64,000 nt of DNA, from assembly GCA_041653515.1 (NCBI GenBank), contig JBAZFG010000004.1, positions 6,568 through 70,567 on the forward strand, read 5' to 3'. The stretch comes from Candidatus Nanoarchaeia archaeon (GTDB lineage: Archaea; Nanobdellota; Nanobdellia; WJKC01). Of the stretch, positions 61,225-64,000 are shown one piece after another (position 1 is the first letter of the stretch; each line of letters starts with the position of its first letter). The notes beneath the pieces are model-generated. The model worked only from the letters and a program-made list of their open reading frames with translations, had not been told where the DNA came from and ran no database searches. A program made the translations under genes and the position numbers.

Positions 61225-62141
61225 AAAGCGTCCTGTATTTTTGGCACGACTTGCTTCTTACGGCTCATCACGCCAGGCAACAAAACTTCATTATCCTTTG
61301 ATTTCTTGCCAAAAGCGTTCTCAATAATAACAGTATCACCAGTAAACCATAAACGAGTCACTTCACTGATAATATTAGTAACCATTAAACAAGCCAGTTT
61401 CAAGCCGCCAGCAACCCTAACTGACTCAAGCTCTTTTAATAACTCATCCTTGCGCTCATCAGCCTCAACATAATCAACCACTTCTAATTGACCAATACCA
61501 TACTTAAAACAATCCTTATCAAACGCCTTAAAGTCAATCATAATAACCTCATTAGCAGTTAGTTTCTTAATACTGGCCTTAGCTTTCTTGACTTCAAGAC
61601 CGAATGGCACTAAATCAAGCTTGGCTATCTTATTTAATTGCTCAGCCAACCGACGGTCCTTATCAGTTGTTGTCGGCGACTTAAAAATAACAGTATCAGA
61701 GAGTATGGCTGCGAGCAACGCTGAAGCTAATTGTTTACTCAGCGGGACTTTATGATAAAAGAAGAAATCAGCCACAATAGTAGCAGTCGAGCCAACTGGT
61801 TCAGCGTGAAATAATATTGGGGAACTAGACTGGAAACCACCAACCTTATGATGGTCAATAATCTCGAAAATAATTGCTTGGTCAGCGCCGTCAACTACTT
61901 GACCCATCTCATTATGATCAACTAATATGAGCTTCTTACCAGCAGCATCTGATAATAGTTCAGGCGCAGGCAACTTAAAGCGATTCAACACATACTCAGT
62001 TTCAGGGTTAAGCGCGCCAGCCCTGGCAGGCAAGTACTCATCATCAAGGTCAACTAATGACTTGAACTTAGCATAAGCTATTGCAGCAACCACTGAATCA
62101 GTATCAGGGCACTTATGACCAATAACATAAATCTTTGCCAT
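61221..62141 (-). CDS. ppaC: Mn-dependent inorganic pyrophosphatase (DHH family II)
   Basis: GHK.PDTDS, LVDHNE, IIDHH, PVGST.T, ILSDT, SRKKQVVP; start at MAKIY. Confidence 0.95.
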   Translation of the reverse strand: MAKIYVIGHKCPDTDSVVAAIAYAKFKSLVDLDDEYLPARAGALNPETEYVLNRFKLPAPELLSDAAGKKLILVDHNEMGQVVDGADQAIIFEIIDHHKVGGFQSSSPILFHAEPVGSTATIVADFFFYHKVPLSKQLASALLAAILSDTVIFKSPTTTDKDRRLAEQLNKIAKLDLVPFGLEVKKAKASIKKLTANEVIMIDFKAFDKDCFKYGIGQLEVVDYVEADERKDELLKELESVRVAGGLKLACLMVTNIISEVTRLWFTGDTVIIENAFGKKSKDNEVLLPGVMSRKKQVVPKIQDAL

Positions 62142-62217
62142 TAAATAGAGGATAATCAGAAAGCGGTTTTTAAAGTTTACTAAGATATTTAAGCCGCTGG
62201 GAATTAATAAATAATTA

Positions 62218-63120
62218 ATGACAGTCAGTAATATTGTAATACAAAACATAAGGAATATTAATGATAAACCTGACGTTAATCTAAAGGATATTAAAATAAA
62301 AGACCTTTACAGCTTAAGAGAAGCAATTATTTTCTTCTCACTTAAGAGAATATTATCAGAGAAATTTGGCAAAAGCGATTTTGTAATATACGTTTTTTAC
62401 GACCACCCAGGATTTACTGCAGCGAACAAGGAAGCACCTTATGTTGAAATACTAGGCGAGACAGATTATTCTTTTAGCGAACCGATTGACCCAAATTACA
62501 ATGGCAATATTGATTTATTCATAGTTAACAAAGAATGGCAGGATTACAACCCAAAAACAATGTTTAATTCATTAAGTAAAATTGAGAACTCAAAAATAGT
62601 TTTAAAACAAAACTTAATAAAAGGTAATTATGAACTTGATATTGATGAAGACTTGTTTAAAAGAACAGAGTTTAACAAAATAAGTAATAAAGAAGAATTC
62701 AAAGAATTAAACAAAGTATTATTAGATATTCAAAGCCAATTAATAACCCAAAAGATTGGTGACAAAATAATTATTTTCAGAAAAAACATCAGTGACAAGT
62801 TCTTAGAAAAAGAAAACGTATTCAAGAATAAATTCCTAACAGGAATAACTTTTGATGCATCAATAGCTGAGCGCTCAGGAAAAAGGTGGTTTCAGATAGT
62901 TAATATTTCTGACAATGCCAAGACAAGTAATAATATTAAGAAACTTGAATGCGCCAAGAAATGGATTGAAGACGAATTCATAAGCAAACAAGAATTAATT
63001 AACAAAATAAAAAAAGTAAGCGCAATAATTTTTAATGAAATGAGCAATGAGATGCCAAAACTGGATGAGGATAGTTTAAAACCAATAGTTGATGAAGTTT
63101 ACAAATTACTCATCAATTAA
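62218..63120 (+). CDS. Hypothetical protein
   Basis: 300-aa A-rich ORF; only a weak GNIDLFIV motif. Confidence 0.45.
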   Translation: MTVSNIVIQNIRNINDKPDVNLKDIKIKDLYSLREAIIFFSLKRILSEKFGKSDFVIYVFYDHPGFTAANKEAPYVEILGETDYSFSEPIDPNYNGNIDLFIVNKEWQDYNPKTMFNSLSKIENSKIVLKQNLIKGNYELDIDEDLFKRTEFNKISNKEEFKELNKVLLDIQSQLITQKIGDKIIIFRKNISDKFLEKENVFKNKFLTGITFDASIAERSGKRWFQIVNISDNAKTSNNIKKLECAKKWIEDEFISKQELINKIKKVSAIIFNEMSNEMPKLDEDSLKPIVDEVYKLLIN

Positions 63121-63617
63121 AAATTACTAGTAAAAACATTAACTCTGTCAGCGTAATTAACCAACTCATCAATGATTTCATCGTGGCGCGCACCAACTAT
63201 TATGGCTGCATCACAATTATTATTGCTTAAGTATTCTTTAATATAACCAAGCATCTCACTGTTAGTCGCCTGATTATAATCATCATGATGAATTGTCAAC
63301 TCGCAAGTATTAACATCAAGACTTACACCAGCAAACAGATTATAATTAGAACCAATCGGGATAATCTTCACGTCATTCTTGCGCGCATTAAGGATTAACT
63401 CCTTGACAGCAGGCATTAAAAAAATACAATCCTTACAATACTCATCAAAACATTGCTCTGGGCTAATTGAATCATTATTATAATCATCAATCAAAGCCAT
63501 CACCCCATCAGTACGCCTGATTAATTCAGTCAATAATGGCAAGCCATTAACCTTCTCAAGAAATAAGCCAAGTGACTCTGTATCAGTATGATTATCCAAT
63601 AGGATTTTTAGTTCCAT
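63117..63617 (-). CDS. Hypothetical protein (possible TraB/TIKI-like remnant)
   Basis: D.H near N-terminus; M...I....AAIIVGARH. Confidence 0.4.
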   Translation of the reverse strand: MELKILLDNHTDTESLGLFLEKVNGLPLLTELIRRTDGVMALIDDYNNDSISPEQCFDEYCKDCIFLMPAVKELILNARKNDVKIIPIGSNYNLFAGVSLDVNTCELTIHHDDYNQATNSEMLGYIKEYLSNNNCDAAIIVGARHDEIIDELVNYADRVNVFTSNF

Positions 63618-63700
63618 GAGTATTCAGATGAAACTAATTGATTTAAATAATTTACCATTAAGTGAAAAGATTTATAAGGAGGTTGGATTTTCTTTTCTCC

Positions 63701-64000
63701 ATGGCAAAGCTTAGACCAGCGATTTGTTATAAAACGCCTAAGAGACCTTACACAAGGGTTTCAAAGTATAAACGAGCGTCATTTGTTACAGGTGTGCCTG
63801 GGTCAAAAATTAGGAAGTTTGATATGGGCCAAACTAATGGAGATTTTGAGATTGAAGTTGGTTTCAAATGCCATGATAACATCCAAATAAGACATAATGC
63901 TTTAGAAGCATTCCGTATCAGCGCTAATAGGAATCTTGAGAAAAAATTAGGCAAGAATAATTATCACTTAAAACTAAAAATATACCCTCATCATGTTATG
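63701..64000 (+). CDS. rpl10e: Ribosomal protein L10e (uL16), 5' part (runs off window)
   Basis: Manual translation MAKLRPAICY..PKRPYTR....FVTGVPGSKIRKFDMG...IQIRHNALEAFR..ANR...YPHH. Confidence 0.95.
   Translation, partial: MAKLRPAICYKTPKRPYTRVSKYKRASFVTGVPGSKIRKFDMGQTNGDFEIEVGFKCHDNIQIRHNALEAFRISANRNLEKKLGKNNYHLKLKIYPHHVM

Overview
AT-rich archaeal chromosome segment, most likely from a DPANN (Nanoarchaeota/Nanobdellota-like) genome. This rests on the single-chain PriS-PriL primase, split rpoB''/B' and rpoA'/A'', archaeal ribosomal and translation genes, intron-containing tRNAs without encoded CCA, and mostly leaderless TATA promoters. It holds core informational clusters (primase-GINS-S27e-aIF2a-PAC2; L7Ae-S28e-L24e-ndk-aIF5B-S6e-aIF2g; rpoH-B-A-L30e-nusA-S12-S7-EF2-EF1a-S10; rpoE-spt4-S24e-S27ae-kae1-bud32), a surface-protein cluster, iscS/iscU, oapABC and four tRNAs. 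Two things stand out. (1) About a dozen gene or tRNA termini are duplicated, with the two copies separated by short (about 40-145 bp) hairpin elements from a few recurring families. The two copies often differ almost only at silent positions, and 5'-end events are rescued by an element-borne Shine-Dalgarno plus AUGA translational coupling. This looks like a population of miniature elements that replace gene termini. (2) A class III ribonucleotide reductase is fused to a complete NrdR repressor, is preceded by two NrdR-box-like sites 32 bp apart, and has its glycyl-radical domain on a separate unannotated 50-aa gene. All calls come from reading the sequence by eye; no searches were run.
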